DNA from: an uncultured delta proteobacterium
GTDB taxonomy: Bacteria > Desulfobacterota > Desulfomonilia > Desulfomonilales > Desulfomonilaceae
DNA length: 64,000 bases
NCBI GenBank assembly: GCA_963789265.1
Contig: CAWBKB010000001.1
Location: 960,001 to 1,024,000, forward strand
Reading direction: 5' to 3'
Positions 21,483 through 32,066 of the stretch are shown piece after piece. Numbering within the stretch: the stretch's first letter is position 1; each line of letters begins with the position of its first letter. A program made the translations under genes and the position numbers. The notes beneath the pieces are model-generated. The model did not search any database. It was not told the origin of the DNA and was given only the letters and a program-made list of their open reading frames with translations.

Positions 21483-22144
21483 ACGCACCCTCATCCTGGG
21501 ATGTCTATCTCGTCACCGACCGTGCTTTCTCAAGAGGCCGATCTACATTGGAAATAGTAACGGCCGCGGTCGTCGGCGGGATCTCCGTTGTGCAACTCCG
21601 AGAAAAGGAATTGGACACCCGGAACTTATACGAGGAAGCACTGAAGATTCGGGACTTTTTGCGGTCCAGAGGGATCCCGCTGATCATAAACGATCGGATT
21701 GACCTCGCCCTGGCTTTGGACGCGGATGGAGTGCACTTGGGCCAAAACGATATGCCCGTTAACATTGCACGACGAATTCTCGGGCCGGATCGCATCATCG
21801 GGTTGTCAGTGGAGCGGCCGGCACAAATCAATGATGAAGCCGAAGCGTACGCGGACTACCTGGGAATTAGCCCCATTTTCTTGACCTCCACAAAACCGGA
21901 ACTAAATACTGCCTGGGGGCTTGAAGGCATAAGACGAGCCCGCGCCACGACGAGACTGCCGTTGGTCGCGATCGGTTCAATAAAAGCCGAGAATGCCAGG
22001 GAAGTGATCCGTGCCGGTGCCGACTGCGTAGCTGTGGTAACCGCAATCGTGGCTGCCGACGATCCCTCTGAGGCCGCTCGCTTACTTCGCGGCGAGGTGA
22101 AGGCTGGAAAAAAGGAGCGATCTGAAGCGCTTCGCTTTGTTTGA
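21479..22144 (+). CDS. thiE: Thiamine-phosphate synthase
   Basis: YLVTD, VQLREK, IINDRIDLA, DGVHLGQND, T.TK, VAIG.I. Confidence 0.95.
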   Translation: MNAPSSWDVYLVTDRAFSRGRSTLEIVTAAVVGGISVVQLREKELDTRNLYEEALKIRDFLRSRGIPLIINDRIDLALALDADGVHLGQNDMPVNIARRILGPDRIIGLSVERPAQINDEAEAYADYLGISPIFLTSTKPELNTAWGLEGIRRARATTRLPLVAIGSIKAENAREVIRAGADCVAVVTAIVAADDPSEAARLLRGEVKAGKKERSEALRFV

Positions 22145-22174
22145 TCCGGGGGGTGTAGCGGGCAAAAGTTTCGT

Positions 22175-22715
22175 CCTGGTTCCCAGTCCCGCGTCTCGCG
22201 GGACGGGGAACCAGAAACTCAGCAGGACCGGCATCTTGCCGGTCGGCCGGAACGGTGAATAACCGGCAATCCCGCGGTCCATGCGGAACGAACCGTATCG
22301 TTCGCGTTTTTTTCTCGATTGATGCGGTTCTCCCGCGCAGAATGCGGGCTCACCAGCATCCTACGCCGATACCGACTCCGGTTCTCTGGTGGCAGCGACT
22401 GCCGGATTCATCCGGTGGAGCGAAAATGCCGCCGAAACCAACGCCTTCAGGCGGCGGAGCCTTCACTTAGATCTTACAGTCGAGGCAGAGCCTCTTCGAC
22501 AGGCATTCCCAGGCAGAGCCTGGGAACGAGGAAATACTATCAAACAAGTGACAATCCCCGAGAGGATATGGTGGGGCAGGCATCCTGCCTGCCATTCGTC
22601 ATCCCGGACTTCGATCCGGGGTCCAGTCTGGATGCCCGCGTACGCGGGCATGACGACAGGCAAGATGCCTGTCCCACTAACTACACAGTGTCACTCGCTG
22701 GGAAGCGAATCAGTA
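22175..22715. repeat. Cluster of palindromic repeats (GTTCCCAG..GGGAAC hairpins, GGCATCTTGCC REP-like arms, composite element 22540-22715)
   Basis: Several inverted repeats; 22570-22677 matches the reverse complement of 52548-52634 and the block at 1583-1700. Confidence 0.75.
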
Positions 22716-22727
22716 TAAGGAGCGGCC

Positions 22728-24002
22728 ATGCGAGTTCTACTCATTTCGCCCAACAAAGAAGAGATCAACATGGTGACCTGGCCTTTGGGCCTGGCATGCG
22801 TGGCCGCGGCAACACAAAAGGCCGGTCATGATGTTAAGCTACTGGATTTGATGGATACAATTGATGCAGCAACGGCACTCGAAGAAGCGATACACGGGCT
22901 TCATCCCGATTTAATCGGAATCTCGGTGAGAAATATTGACGATCAGACTATGGAACCGCCCAAATTCCTGCTGGAGGAAGTCAAGGAAGTCATCGACGTT
23001 TGTCGAAGTCTTTCGAACGCGCCCATTGTCTTGGGAGGAGCCGGGTACAGCATTTTTCCGGAGAGCGCCTTGGAATTCCTCGGCGCGAATATGGGCATTC
23101 AGGGCGAGGGAGAGATCGCTTTCCCTGAACTACTCACGCGAATCGCGCAAGGCCGGGACCTTTCCGGAGTACCGGGTCTTTATCTCAGCAAAGTAGGACC
23201 ACAGAGCAAGAGAGAGTTATCCAAAGACCTCGACGAGTTTCCTCTTCCGGATTCTTCTTTGCTCTCTCCGGCTCGATACAACGATAAGGGGTTCTGGCTG
23301 CCGGTTCAGACACGGCGTGGATGCCCCATGAATTGCAGTTATTGTTCCACAGCCGCCATAGAAGGGTGCATTACTCGGAAGCGATCTCCTATCGTGGTTG
23401 TCCAATGGCTCACTGAGTGGATCAGAATCGGGTTAAGACAATTCTATTTTGTGGATAATACATTCAATTTGCCACCATCCTATGCTCGGAAGTTATGTTC
23501 GAAGATTATTGAGGCCGATCTTGATGTTGCCTGGCGTTGCATCCTCTACCCGGTGAGAATTGACGAGGAACTCGTCAGTCTTATGGCCGCATCCGGTTGC
23601 GCGGAGGTTAGCCTGGGGTTCGAGAGCGGCCACGAACTGATCTTGCACGGAATGAACAAACGCTTCAAACCTGATGACGTACGCCACACAAGCGATCTGC
23701 TGGGCAGGCATGGTATACGTCGCATGGGATTTCTGCTTTTGGGCGGACCAGGAGAGACTAAGGAATCGGCACTGGAAAGCCTCGAATTTGCTGACTCCCT
23801 TAATTTGGAGGCGATGAAGGTCAGTGCGGGCATTCGAATTTACCCGTACACGGTTCTTGCCGACGTGGCCCGGAAGGAAGGAGTCATATCGCCGAACGAC
23901 AGCTTACTGTTTCCTCGGTTTTATGTCGTTCAAGGGCTTGAAGATTGGCTTCACGAAACGGTAAAGGAGTGGGCCGCGGACCGGCCGAATTGGATGACTT
24001 GA
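22728..24002 (+). CDS. B12-binding-domain radical SAM protein
   Basis: N-terminal cobalamin-binding fold (PLGLACVAA, GISVRNID, VLGGAGYS) and QTRRGCPMNCSYC (CxxxCxxC). Confidence 0.9.
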   Translation: MRVLLISPNKEEINMVTWPLGLACVAAATQKAGHDVKLLDLMDTIDAATALEEAIHGLHPDLIGISVRNIDDQTMEPPKFLLEEVKEVIDVCRSLSNAPIVLGGAGYSIFPESALEFLGANMGIQGEGEIAFPELLTRIAQGRDLSGVPGLYLSKVGPQSKRELSKDLDEFPLPDSSLLSPARYNDKGFWLPVQTRRGCPMNCSYCSTAAIEGCITRKRSPIVVVQWLTEWIRIGLRQFYFVDNTFNLPPSYARKLCSKIIEADLDVAWRCILYPVRIDEELVSLMAASGCAEVSLGFESGHELILHGMNKRFKPDDVRHTSDLLGRHGIRRMGFLLLGGPGETKESALESLEFADSLNLEAMKVSAGIRIYPYTVLADVARKEGVISPNDSLLFPRFYVVQGLEDWLHETVKEWAADRPNWMT

Positions 24003-24150
24003 GCATTAGAGTTGAGGAGTGCAAATTGGGACAGCTTAAGTGATGGAATTGGTTGACTAAGACACGTGTGGCAACGTATGCTCCTGAATCACTAAAGAGC
24101 CCTAATGGCCGAAGATCGTTCAGTTCCGGGCCATCAAACAGGAGCACAAC

Positions 24151-24855
24151 ATGCCTAAACATCTGGGAATTGTTGCTTGCAGCGCGGAGGGAGCAGCCCT
24201 CTGCTACCGCACTTTTTGCGAGGAAGCGCCTGCAATCATGGGTGAGCACTTTCATCCGGAAGTTTCAATGCATACTCATTCTCTTGGCGATTATATGGTA
24301 CACGTCGTGCGTGAAGATTGGGAGCAAGTTGCTGAATTAATGCTTTCATCCGTGCGCAAATTGGCCCAAATCGGCGCACAATTTGCTGTATGCCCTGATA
24401 ATACGGCTCATCAGGCGTTCGATCTGATGATACCAAGATCCCCAATACCCTGGCTCCATATTGCGGAAGTTGTGGCAGCGGAGGCGAAAAACAAAGGATT
24501 TAAGACTCTCGCTCTCACCGGTACGAAGTATTTGATGACCGGGCCCGTGTACCCGCGGGCTCTGGAGAAATTCGGGCTCTCCTGCAAAATTCCGGACGAG
24601 AACGATCGCGAAACCATCGATAAAATCATCTTCGGCGAACTGGTGTACGGCGTGTTCCAGGAGAAATCCCGCCTGTATTTCAATGCGGTAATTCAGAAGC
24701 TCAAAGATCTAGGATGTGATGCAGTGATCATGGGTTGTACCGAGATTCCGCTGTTGATCGATCCCAATGATTGTCCATTACCGACCCTCGATTCCACACG
24801 CCTGCTCGCAAGAGCCGCCATAAAGGAAGCTTTGGTGGAGAAAAGCGGGCAATAA
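24151..24855 (+). CDS. Aspartate/glutamate racemase family protein
   Basis: CPDNTAH and MGCTEIPLL catalytic Cys motifs. Confidence 0.9.
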   Translation: MPKHLGIVACSAEGAALCYRTFCEEAPAIMGEHFHPEVSMHTHSLGDYMVHVVREDWEQVAELMLSSVRKLAQIGAQFAVCPDNTAHQAFDLMIPRSPIPWLHIAEVVAAEAKNKGFKTLALTGTKYLMTGPVYPRALEKFGLSCKIPDENDRETIDKIIFGELVYGVFQEKSRLYFNAVIQKLKDLGCDAVIMGCTEIPLLIDPNDCPLPTLDSTRLLARAAIKEALVEKSGQ

Positions 24856-25037
24856 ATCAGGAGCAGGCAGAATGCTCACCGCTTGTGCGCGACGCGATGA
24901 AGCCGCGAGTCGCGGGGAAACCGCATCAACTGCGCTCTTCCCTCGATCCATGCGGATCGTCCAGCGTTCCGCGCATTCGCGTTAAGTTAAGGCAATTTCG
25001 TTCCCTTTCAAGAGGTGAATGCAGGCCGAGAGCGATC

Positions 25038-25127
25038 AAAGTCCCCCTTTTCTAAAGGGGGATTTAGGGGGATTTTCAATGAGTTATCCCAAAATCCCCC
25101 CTGGCCCCCCTTTACGAAAGGGGGGAA
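25038..25127. repeat. CCCCCTTT..AAAGGGGG palindromic repeat doublet
   Basis: TCCCCCTTTTCTAAAGGGGGATTTAGGGGGATT and its inverted partner AATCCCCCCTGGCCCCCCTTTACGAAAGGGGGGA. Confidence 0.7.
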
Positions 25128-25263
25128 TAAGTCGTTATCTTAACGCCCATGAGCGTTCCGCGAGATTCATCCCATCTTGCCAAAGCCTGCGGCCTCAAAA
25201 GGACCATATATGTAGCCATACAACGGTATGGCTTAGGTTGCATGTCTGTGATAAACTAAGATC

Positions 25264-25554
25264 GTGACAACGGCACATTTCGATTGGGACCCAAGCAAGG
25301 ACCTCGAAAACCAGCAAAAGCATGGAGTCTCCTTTGCGGATGCTCAATACGCTTTTGCCGATTCGCGCCGTGTCATCGCTGAAGACTTAGGTCACAGCGG
25401 GAAAGAAAGGCGCTACTATTGCTTCGGGAAGGTCGGTGGCGGAGTTCTCACTGTTCGGTTTACGTTTCGCAGCGACGTAATCCGCATTATAGGAGCCGGA
25501 TATTGGCGGAAAGGTAGGGCGATTTATCGAGCGCGAAAATAAAATACACGAATG
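25264..25554 (+). CDS. BrnT-family toxin; C-terminus altered by an extra C at 25528
   Basis: FDWDPSK..ENQQKHGVSF, E.RYYCFG, LTVRFTFR..VIRIIGAGYWRKG. Removing C25528 gives ...IYERENKIHE* (stop 25552-25554); as sequenced the ORF ends at 25542. Confidence 0.85.
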
Positions 25555-25808
25555 AACCACTGGGTGAACTCAAGATAGTTCCTGATTTCCTACCCTCTAC
25601 TGAGGAACTCGCATTTCGAGAGGAATCGGTCAAGGTGACAATTTCGCTCAGCAAGAAAAGCGTTGACTATTTCAAGTCTCAGGCCGCGAAACATCATACT
25701 CAGTATCAACGCATCATTCGGCGGTTACTAGATGTTTATGTGGATGCACAGTCGAGTGCATCCACAAGTCGCTCAACACGAACTCCCGGCGAGCGGGCGG
25801 CCGGTTAG
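25526..25808 (+). CDS. CopG/BrnA-like antitoxin (start codon disrupted, ATG read as ATCG)
   Basis: Not in the ORF track. Manual translation: (M)SAKIKYTNEPLGELKIVPDFLPSTEELAFREESVKVTISLSKKSVDYFKSQAAKHHTQYQRIIRRLLDVY...AG*; ribbon-helix-helix pattern, overlaps the toxin. Confidence 0.8.
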
Positions 25809-26178
25809 TCCCTGCAGGAGAGGATTAGTTTGCGAATAGTGGTGAATCGCATCATTCCTATTCCTTACGCGAGCAACGCGGTTCACCCCGTGAAACGCGG
25901 GATTCACCGCTTCCTACCAAAACTTGTGTGGTCACCGCATACTACAAACACTTTTTAGCTTCGTCCGACATGTTCCAAGCTAATTCTCTGTGGGTAATTG
26001 CCACAGTTGCGCATCCGATCCGCTCTTAAGAGCGCTTTCAGCGGAAGTGCTTTTCTTTACAGCCTGTCAAAAAACACTACACCTGCGAACCTCTCCGGCC
26101 TTAGAACCGAATTCCAGGCACTGTAAATAATTGCCGCTATTTTCAGCAAGTTGCACGACTCCGAGGTATCTCAAACCT

Positions 26179-26194
26179 TGGCATGGGAATTGCT
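26179..26194 (+). promoter_or_regulatory. Putative sigma54 (-24/-12) promoter of the hox operon
   Basis: TGGCATGGGAATTGCT = GG-N10-GC, ~180 bp upstream of hoxE. Confidence 0.65.
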
Positions 26195-26376
26195 CACCCT
26201 GATAGTTGTATTGGGGCAGAGAAGATGACGCCTCAGCAAGGACGCGGGGCTTACGTGCAGTGCACTGGTTTCAGGACAATCGCAAAAAATGGGGCCAAGC
26301 GCTGCAAAACCACCATTTAAGGAATGATGAACTAGAACCGACGAAAGCTACCAATATCAAGCAGAAGGGAGAAGCT

Positions 26377-26883
26377 ATGGAAGCAACTACGCAAGAGTCT
26401 CCCAAGCCGGCCGAGGACCGTCGATGGCGAATGGTAAACAGGACCATGCGCCTTCACGGCAACGAACCACACGCTCTCATTGAAACCCTGCACGCAGTGC
26501 AGGAATCCTTTGGGTTCCTGGATCCGGATGGGCTGAAATACGTGGCCGGTGCGCTCCGGGTCCCACTGAGTCAAGTTTACGGAGTAGCCACCTTTTATCA
26601 CTTCTTTGCACTTAAGCCGCCGGGAGAACATACCTGCGTGGTCTGTAAAGGCACAGCCTGCTACATCGGCGGAGCCCAGGCGATTTTGAAAGCGATTGAG
26701 GGAGACATTGGAATCAGCCCTGGAGAGACCACCCTGGACGGGCAGATATCTCTCGTCACCGCGCGTTGTATGGGGTCCTGCGGCTTAGCTCCGGCGGTGG
26801 TATTTGATGGAGAGGTGCGTGGCAGAATGAATCCGCCTGCCGTACTTGAGCAAATAGGGAGGTGGAAGAGCTATGACGCTTGA
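26377..26883 (+). CDS. hoxE: Bidirectional hydrogenase subunit HoxE (NuoE-like, 2Fe-2S)
   Basis: [46 protein letters not shown]. Start at ATG 26377 after GGGAG. Confidence 0.92.
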   Translation: MEATTQESPKPAEDRRWRMVNRTMRLHGNEPHALIETLHAVQESFGFLDPDGLKYVAGALRVPLSQVYGVATFYHFFALKPPGEHTCVVCKGTACYIGGAQAILKAIEGDIGISPGETTLDGQISLVTARCMGSCGLAPAVVFDGEVRGRMNPPAVLEQIGRWKSYDA

Positions 26884-28519
26884 AGAACTCCAAGAAATAG
26901 CAAAGATCGAAAAAGAGAGGCAAGAGGGGTTTCAGCATCGCATCAACGTATGTGTTGCGGCGGGTTGTCTTTCGTGTGGGAGCGGTACGGTCAAGGAAGC
27001 GTTGGAGCAAGAGGTAAGCCGCCGGGGTCTGGAGAGTTGGTGCGAGGTAAAAGGCGTGGGCTGTCTGGGCCTGTGCACGGCCGGGCCTCTGATTTCCATC
27101 GATCCTGAGGGCCCTCTTTACCAGGGAGTGAATGTTTCGGATGCCGGAGAGATCGTTGAGGCTCTTGGCGGTGCACCGATAAGCCGCCTCGACTGTTCCG
27201 GCCAGATGCCCTTTTTCAAACGTCAGCAGAAGATCGTGTTGGAGAATTGCGGCAAGATCGATCCCGAACGCATCGAGGATTACATTGCGCAAGGCGGTTA
27301 CGAGGCCCTGTACAATTCCTTGAGATCAATGACGCCCGCTGGAGTCATTGAACAGATGGTTCGCAGTGGATTGAGAGGCCGCGGTGGAGCCGGTTTCCCA
27401 AGCGGCTTGAAGTGGACCGCAGTGTCCAAAGCGGCCAGCGGAACTAAATTTGTAGTATGCAACGCGGATGAAGGCGATCCCGGCGCATTCATGGATCGCA
27501 GCGTATTGGAAAGCGATCCTCATCGAGTCATAGAGGGCATGGCAATAGCCGCTTTTGCCGTGGGTGCTTCTCATGGATTCATTTATCTGCGTGCCGAATA
27601 CCCCCTGGCAGTGAAGCGTGTTCGAACTGCCTTAGCCAAGGCAGAGCGCATGGGATTGTTAGGCAATAACATCTTCAACACGACATTTAATTTTGACGTG
27701 AAGGTCAGATTGGGTGCCGGAGCATTTGTCTGCGGTGAAGAAACCGCCCTTCTCGCGTCGATAGAGGGCAGACGCGGCGCCCCTCGCCCGCGGCCTCCGT
27801 TCCCCGCTGAAATGGGCCTTTGGGGCTATCCGACCCTTATCAATAACGTGGAGACTTTCGCCAATGTTCCTCCGATCATACGCAGGGGCGGAGATTGGTT
27901 CGCCGGTATCGGCACGGAGAAGAGCAAAGGGACGAAGGTCTTCGCCCTGGCAGGTCGTGTCACCAATACCGGTCTAATCGAAGTCCCTATGGGCACGAAG
28001 CTGCGCGACATCGTGTTCGACATTGGTGGTGGCATCCCTGAGGGGCGTAAATTTAAAGCTGTACAGACCGGAGGCCCTTCCGGAGGCTGCATCCCGGAAC
28101 AACACCTCGATATGCCTGTGGATTACGAGTCGCTGGCACAAGTCGGCTCAATCATGGGTTCCGGCGGCCTGATCATTATGGACGAAACCTCATGTATGGT
28201 GGACGTGGCGAAATTCTTCATGGAGTTCTGTATGAGCGAATCGTGCGGCAAGTGTGTGCCGTGCCGGGTAGGAACAACGCAGATCCACAATCTGCTGTGC
28301 AAAATAACGAACGGGGACGGAAAGCCGGGAGATATACCATTGCTGGAAGAACTGGCCGATCTGGTCAAGAACACCAGTCTGTGCGGACTCGGCCAAACCG
28401 CTCCCAATCCGGTGATGAGCACGCTGCGCTATTTTCGGGACGAATATCTGGCGCACATCAAGGAGAAAAACTGCCCCGCGGGTGCATGCAGCATCAACGG
28501 CTCCAAGGAGGCACAATGA
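26873..28519 (+). CDS. hoxF: Diaphorase subunit HoxF (NuoF-like)
   Basis: [48 protein letters not shown]. Confidence 0.93.
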   Translation: MTLEELQEIAKIEKERQEGFQHRINVCVAAGCLSCGSGTVKEALEQEVSRRGLESWCEVKGVGCLGLCTAGPLISIDPEGPLYQGVNVSDAGEIVEALGGAPISRLDCSGQMPFFKRQQKIVLENCGKIDPERIEDYIAQGGYEALYNSLRSMTPAGVIEQMVRSGLRGRGGAGFPSGLKWTAVSKAASGTKFVVCNADEGDPGAFMDRSVLESDPHRVIEGMAIAAFAVGASHGFIYLRAEYPLAVKRVRTALAKAERMGLLGNNIFNTTFNFDVKVRLGAGAFVCGEETALLASIEGRRGAPRPRPPFPAEMGLWGYPTLINNVETFANVPPIIRRGGDWFAGIGTEKSKGTKVFALAGRVTNTGLIEVPMGTKLRDIVFDIGGGIPEGRKFKAVQTGGPSGGCIPEQHLDMPVDYESLAQVGSIMGSGGLIIMDETSCMVDVAKFFMEFCMSESCGKCVPCRVGTTQIHNLLCKITNGDGKPGDIPLLEELADLVKNTSLCGLGQTAPNPVMSTLRYFRDEYLAHIKEKNCPAGACSINGSKEAQ

Positions 28520-29280
28520 GAACCCCAGGCTTCATCAAAAGCGAAAAAGTGCGGACAGATCTTAATCCGGTACGTCTCCTGACGTTCAAGATTGATGGTC
28601 GAGATGTCAGTGCACGCGAGGACGAGACGATTCTGACTGTGGCCCGTGAGAACGGCATCAAGATTCCAACTCTCTGCCATCTCGACGGACTGTCGGAACG
28701 CGGAGCTTGCCGGCTCTGCATTGTTGAAGTCAAGGGTTCTCCAAAGCTGGTGCCGTCATGCGTGACAGTGCCGCGACAAGATATGGAAGTTATTACTAAT
28801 TCCGATAAGGTAGTTGATTACCGCAAGAAAATCCTTGAGCTTCTCTTCACAGAGCGCAATCACGTCTGCTCGGTTTGCGTGTCGAATGGGCATTGCGAAC
28901 TGCAAGCTCTCACCGTCGATCTAGGTATGACGCACGTTCATTACGACTATATATATCCTCGCCATTCCATAGATGCCACGCACGAGCGGTTTTCGATTGA
29001 CCACAATCGCTGCATCCTCTGCCAGAGATGCATTCGGGTGTGTGACGAGATTGAAGGCGGCCACACCTGGGATCTGATGGGACGCGGGATTGCGGCCAGA
29101 GTCATAACCGATCTTAACGAACCGTGGGGCTCTTCCGAAACGTGTACGGGTTGCGGCAAGTGCGTACACGTCTGCCCGACCGGGGCACTCTCCGAAAAGG
29201 GCAAGTCTGTTGCGGAAATGACCAAACGCCGGCAGTTCTTGCCGTACCTGCAAGCAATGCGGGGGGAGGGAGCGAAATGA
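28516..29280 (+). CDS. hoxU: Diaphorase Fe-S subunit HoxU
   Basis: [49 protein letters not shown]. Start at 28516 overlapping the hoxF stop. Confidence 0.93.
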   Translation: MRTPGFIKSEKVRTDLNPVRLLTFKIDGRDVSAREDETILTVARENGIKIPTLCHLDGLSERGACRLCIVEVKGSPKLVPSCVTVPRQDMEVITNSDKVVDYRKKILELLFTERNHVCSVCVSNGHCELQALTVDLGMTHVHYDYIYPRHSIDATHERFSIDHNRCILCQRCIRVCDEIEGGHTWDLMGRGIAARVITDLNEPWGSSETCTGCGKCVHVCPTGALSEKGKSVAEMTKRRQFLPYLQAMRGEGAK

Positions 29281-29882
29281 GCGAGGACAAGAAGAAAAAG
29301 GCTCAGAAAGAAGCTCCGCCTTCAGGCGATACAAAGGAAGCCTCTGCCATGAAGAAAGTTCGCATCGCCACGACATGGCTTGATGGTTGTTCCGGTTGCC
29401 ACATGTCGTTTCTCGATCTTGACGAGCGAATACTCGACGTGGTCGGCAGAATTGAAATGGTTTACGGCCCCTTGGTAGATTTTAAAGAATTTCCCGAAGG
29501 AGTGGATGTCACCCTCATAGAAGGTGCGGTCAGCAGCCGCGAGGATGAGGAGAAGGTTCGACTTATCCGCAACAGATCGTATCTTGTGGTCTCCTTTGGA
29601 GACTGCGCGGTCACAGCCAATGTTCCTGCCATGCGCAACCAATTTAAGATCGACGAAATACTGACGCGGAGCTATGTGGAAAACGCGACTGCTCAGCAGG
29701 CCATCCCAAACGTGAACGTTCCTCGTTTGCTGAAAAAAGCCCGGCCGGTTCATGAATTCATCAATGTGGATGTGTTCCTCCCCGGTTGTCCTCCTCCGCC
29801 CGACGCAGTCCTGTTTGCAATCAGCGAGCTTCTCGAGGGGCGCATACCCGACCTTTCGGGGAGAACTCGCTTTGGAGCCTAA
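29277..29882 (+). CDS. hoxY: [NiFe] hydrogenase small subunit HoxY
   Basis: [24 protein letters not shown]. Confidence 0.93.
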   Translation: MSEDKKKKAQKEAPPSGDTKEASAMKKVRIATTWLDGCSGCHMSFLDLDERILDVVGRIEMVYGPLVDFKEFPEGVDVTLIEGAVSSREDEEKVRLIRNRSYLVVSFGDCAVTANVPAMRNQFKIDEILTRSYVENATAQQAIPNVNVPRLLKKARPVHEFINVDVFLPGCPPPPDAVLFAISELLEGRIPDLSGRTRFGA

Positions 29883-29900
29883 CCCCACACGGGAGGTAGC

Positions 29901-31322
29901 ATGATGGCCCAACAAATCGTCATAGAGCCGATAACCCGCATAGAAGGTCACGGCAAGATTACGATACAACTCGATTCAAGTGGCAAAGTGAGCGATGCCC
30001 AAGTTCATGTAACCCAGTTCAGAGGATTTGAAAAGTTTTGTGAGGGCCGTCCTTTCTATGAAATGCCTTCGCTTGTGGAGAGAATCTGCGGCATTTGTCC
30101 GATTAGTCATTCGGTAGCCTCGGCCAAGGCGTGCGACGCAATACTCGGAGTGCTTATTCCGGCACCTGCAACTAAACTCCGGCGATTGCTCACTTGCGCA
30201 TCGTTTATCCAGTCACACGCGTTGAGCTTCTTCCATCTTTCAGCGCCTGATTTGCTCCTCGGCATGGATGCCGATCCTGCCAAGCGTAACATTTTCGGGG
30301 TCGTGGAAGCCAACCCTTCTATCGCGATGGACGGAATTCGCCTGCGGCAAATCGGGCAGCAGATCATCGAATGGTTCGCAGGTAAGCGCATTCATCCGTC
30401 GTGGGTTGTTCCCGGAGGGGTCAATGAAGCTCTCACGGAAGAGCATCGGCAAAAGATGCTCTCGCTGATCCCGGAAGCATACGAGATCGTGGACCGCACG
30501 CTGATCTGGTTCAAGGGGGCTATGGACAATTACCGCGACGAGATCCGCACATTTGCCAACTTTCCGACCATGTTCCTGGGCCTAGTAGATAACAAGGGAA
30601 ACCTGGAGCACATGGACGGCACTCTCCGTTTCATCGACTCCAAGGGGAGATTTGTGGCTGACGCTGTGGACCCCGCTCGTTACCAGGAGTATATCGGTGA
30701 AGCGGTTGAACCTTGGTCCTATCTAAAATCGCCGTACTATGCGCCGGAGGGATATCCGCAGGGCATCTACAGAGTGGGACCCGCGGCTCGGCTGAACGTT
30801 TGCAGCGGTTGCGGTACACCTAAGGCGGACCAGGAGTGGGCTGAGTTCACCAAACTGGAGCGTGGGCCAGTCCTGAGTTCGTTCTACAATCATTACGGAC
30901 GACTCATTGAGATTCTGTACTCGATAGAAGTGATGGAGAAGCTCCTGAACGACCTCGACATTCTTAGCCCTCACGTGCGGGCGTTTGCAAGGCCGAACCA
31001 TTACGAGGGGATTGGAGTGGTGGAAGCGCCGCGAGGCACTCTGATTCACCATTACAAGGTTGACGAAGAGGGGCTTATCACATGGGTCAACCTAATCGTT
31101 GCCACAGGGAACAACAATCTCGCAATGAATCGCGGGGTTCTTCAGGTTGCAAAACAGTTCATCACCGGGGATAAGATTTCTGAAGGAGCGTTGAACCGAG
31201 TTGAGGCTGTGGTCAGGGCGTTTGATCCATGCCTGAGCTGCTCGACTCATGCGATTGGCGGGTTGACATTTCCCATTCAACTGGTCGGTCCTGACGGGAC
31301 TGTTTTGGACGAGGTGCGGTGA
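29901..31322 (+). CDS. hoxH: [NiFe] hydrogenase large subunit HoxH (group 3d)
   Basis: RIEGHGK, L1 RICGICP, L2 DPCLSCSTH followed by a 23-aa cleavable C-terminal extension. Confidence 0.95.
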   Translation: MMAQQIVIEPITRIEGHGKITIQLDSSGKVSDAQVHVTQFRGFEKFCEGRPFYEMPSLVERICGICPISHSVASAKACDAILGVLIPAPATKLRRLLTCASFIQSHALSFFHLSAPDLLLGMDADPAKRNIFGVVEANPSIAMDGIRLRQIGQQIIEWFAGKRIHPSWVVPGGVNEALTEEHRQKMLSLIPEAYEIVDRTLIWFKGAMDNYRDEIRTFANFPTMFLGLVDNKGNLEHMDGTLRFIDSKGRFVADAVDPARYQEYIGEAVEPWSYLKSPYYAPEGYPQGIYRVGPAARLNVCSGCGTPKADQEWAEFTKLERGPVLSSFYNHYGRLIEILYSIEVMEKLLNDLDILSPHVRAFARPNHYEGIGVVEAPRGTLIHHYKVDEEGLITWVNLIVATGNNNLAMNRGVLQVAKQFITGDKISEGALNRVEAVVRAFDPCLSCSTHAIGGLTFPIQLVGPDGTVLDEVR

Positions 31323-32066
31323 CAATTACAACGTATTGGGATTTGCAGCCCAAATAACGAACTTGGGAAGACAAATCGCCGGAAGTGGGCTAAGGCGACC
31401 ATGCGTTATGCGTATGGTCGTTTCTTCCTTGAGGTGTTCAATCCGTTCGATCTCTGGCGAGTTTCCTCACTGCGATGCGTGATCTCTTGTGGCATGATGT
31501 GTGCGGCGCACGTTATTGCGTGAGCACTATCGGTTTCAAAGCAAAATTGGTCACAAGGTGTTGGATCAGATCCGGAGTGAACCAGGCGCGACTGTCCAAC
31601 AGCTTGGTCGAGTCGCCCGTCCACATAAGCAGCCGTTCCGTCCGTGCTGGCTCAAATATTTGCTGAATGAACTCTCTCCAAATAAGTTTTGCAAGAATAT
31701 CCGCAATTGGAGCGTAGCCAGGACAGTCCAGGTGGGATCCGAAGAACGAAGCGAACCGCATGCGTAACTAAAGAAGGGCGTGTAATCCAAACGATGGCGT
31801 TCTGGCTGGTCACCACGTGCCGCTGGCCTACGCTGTAGGATAGCCTGATCAACATCGCTGCACCTGTTTGATGTCGTAAGCAAAGCGCAGATATAAACCT
31901 ATAAGTCAGCTAAATGACAAGAGATATGGCCGTTCTTCAGTTTGACACCCCGTGAGAATTGTATTAGTGTGCAACTTGGCCAGAAGGCGTGTCAGGCATG
32001 ACGCTGCAAACGAGAGGGGGGCCTTTGCGGAGAGATATCACGGTACTGGGAAGAGGGGAGTTCGGC

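Noticed and set aside
31330..31990. Small ORFs after hoxH (e.g. 31513..31761 -) as hoxW or a defence partner gene
   Set aside because: No protease motifs, no clear SD and no recognisable family; cannot be supported.
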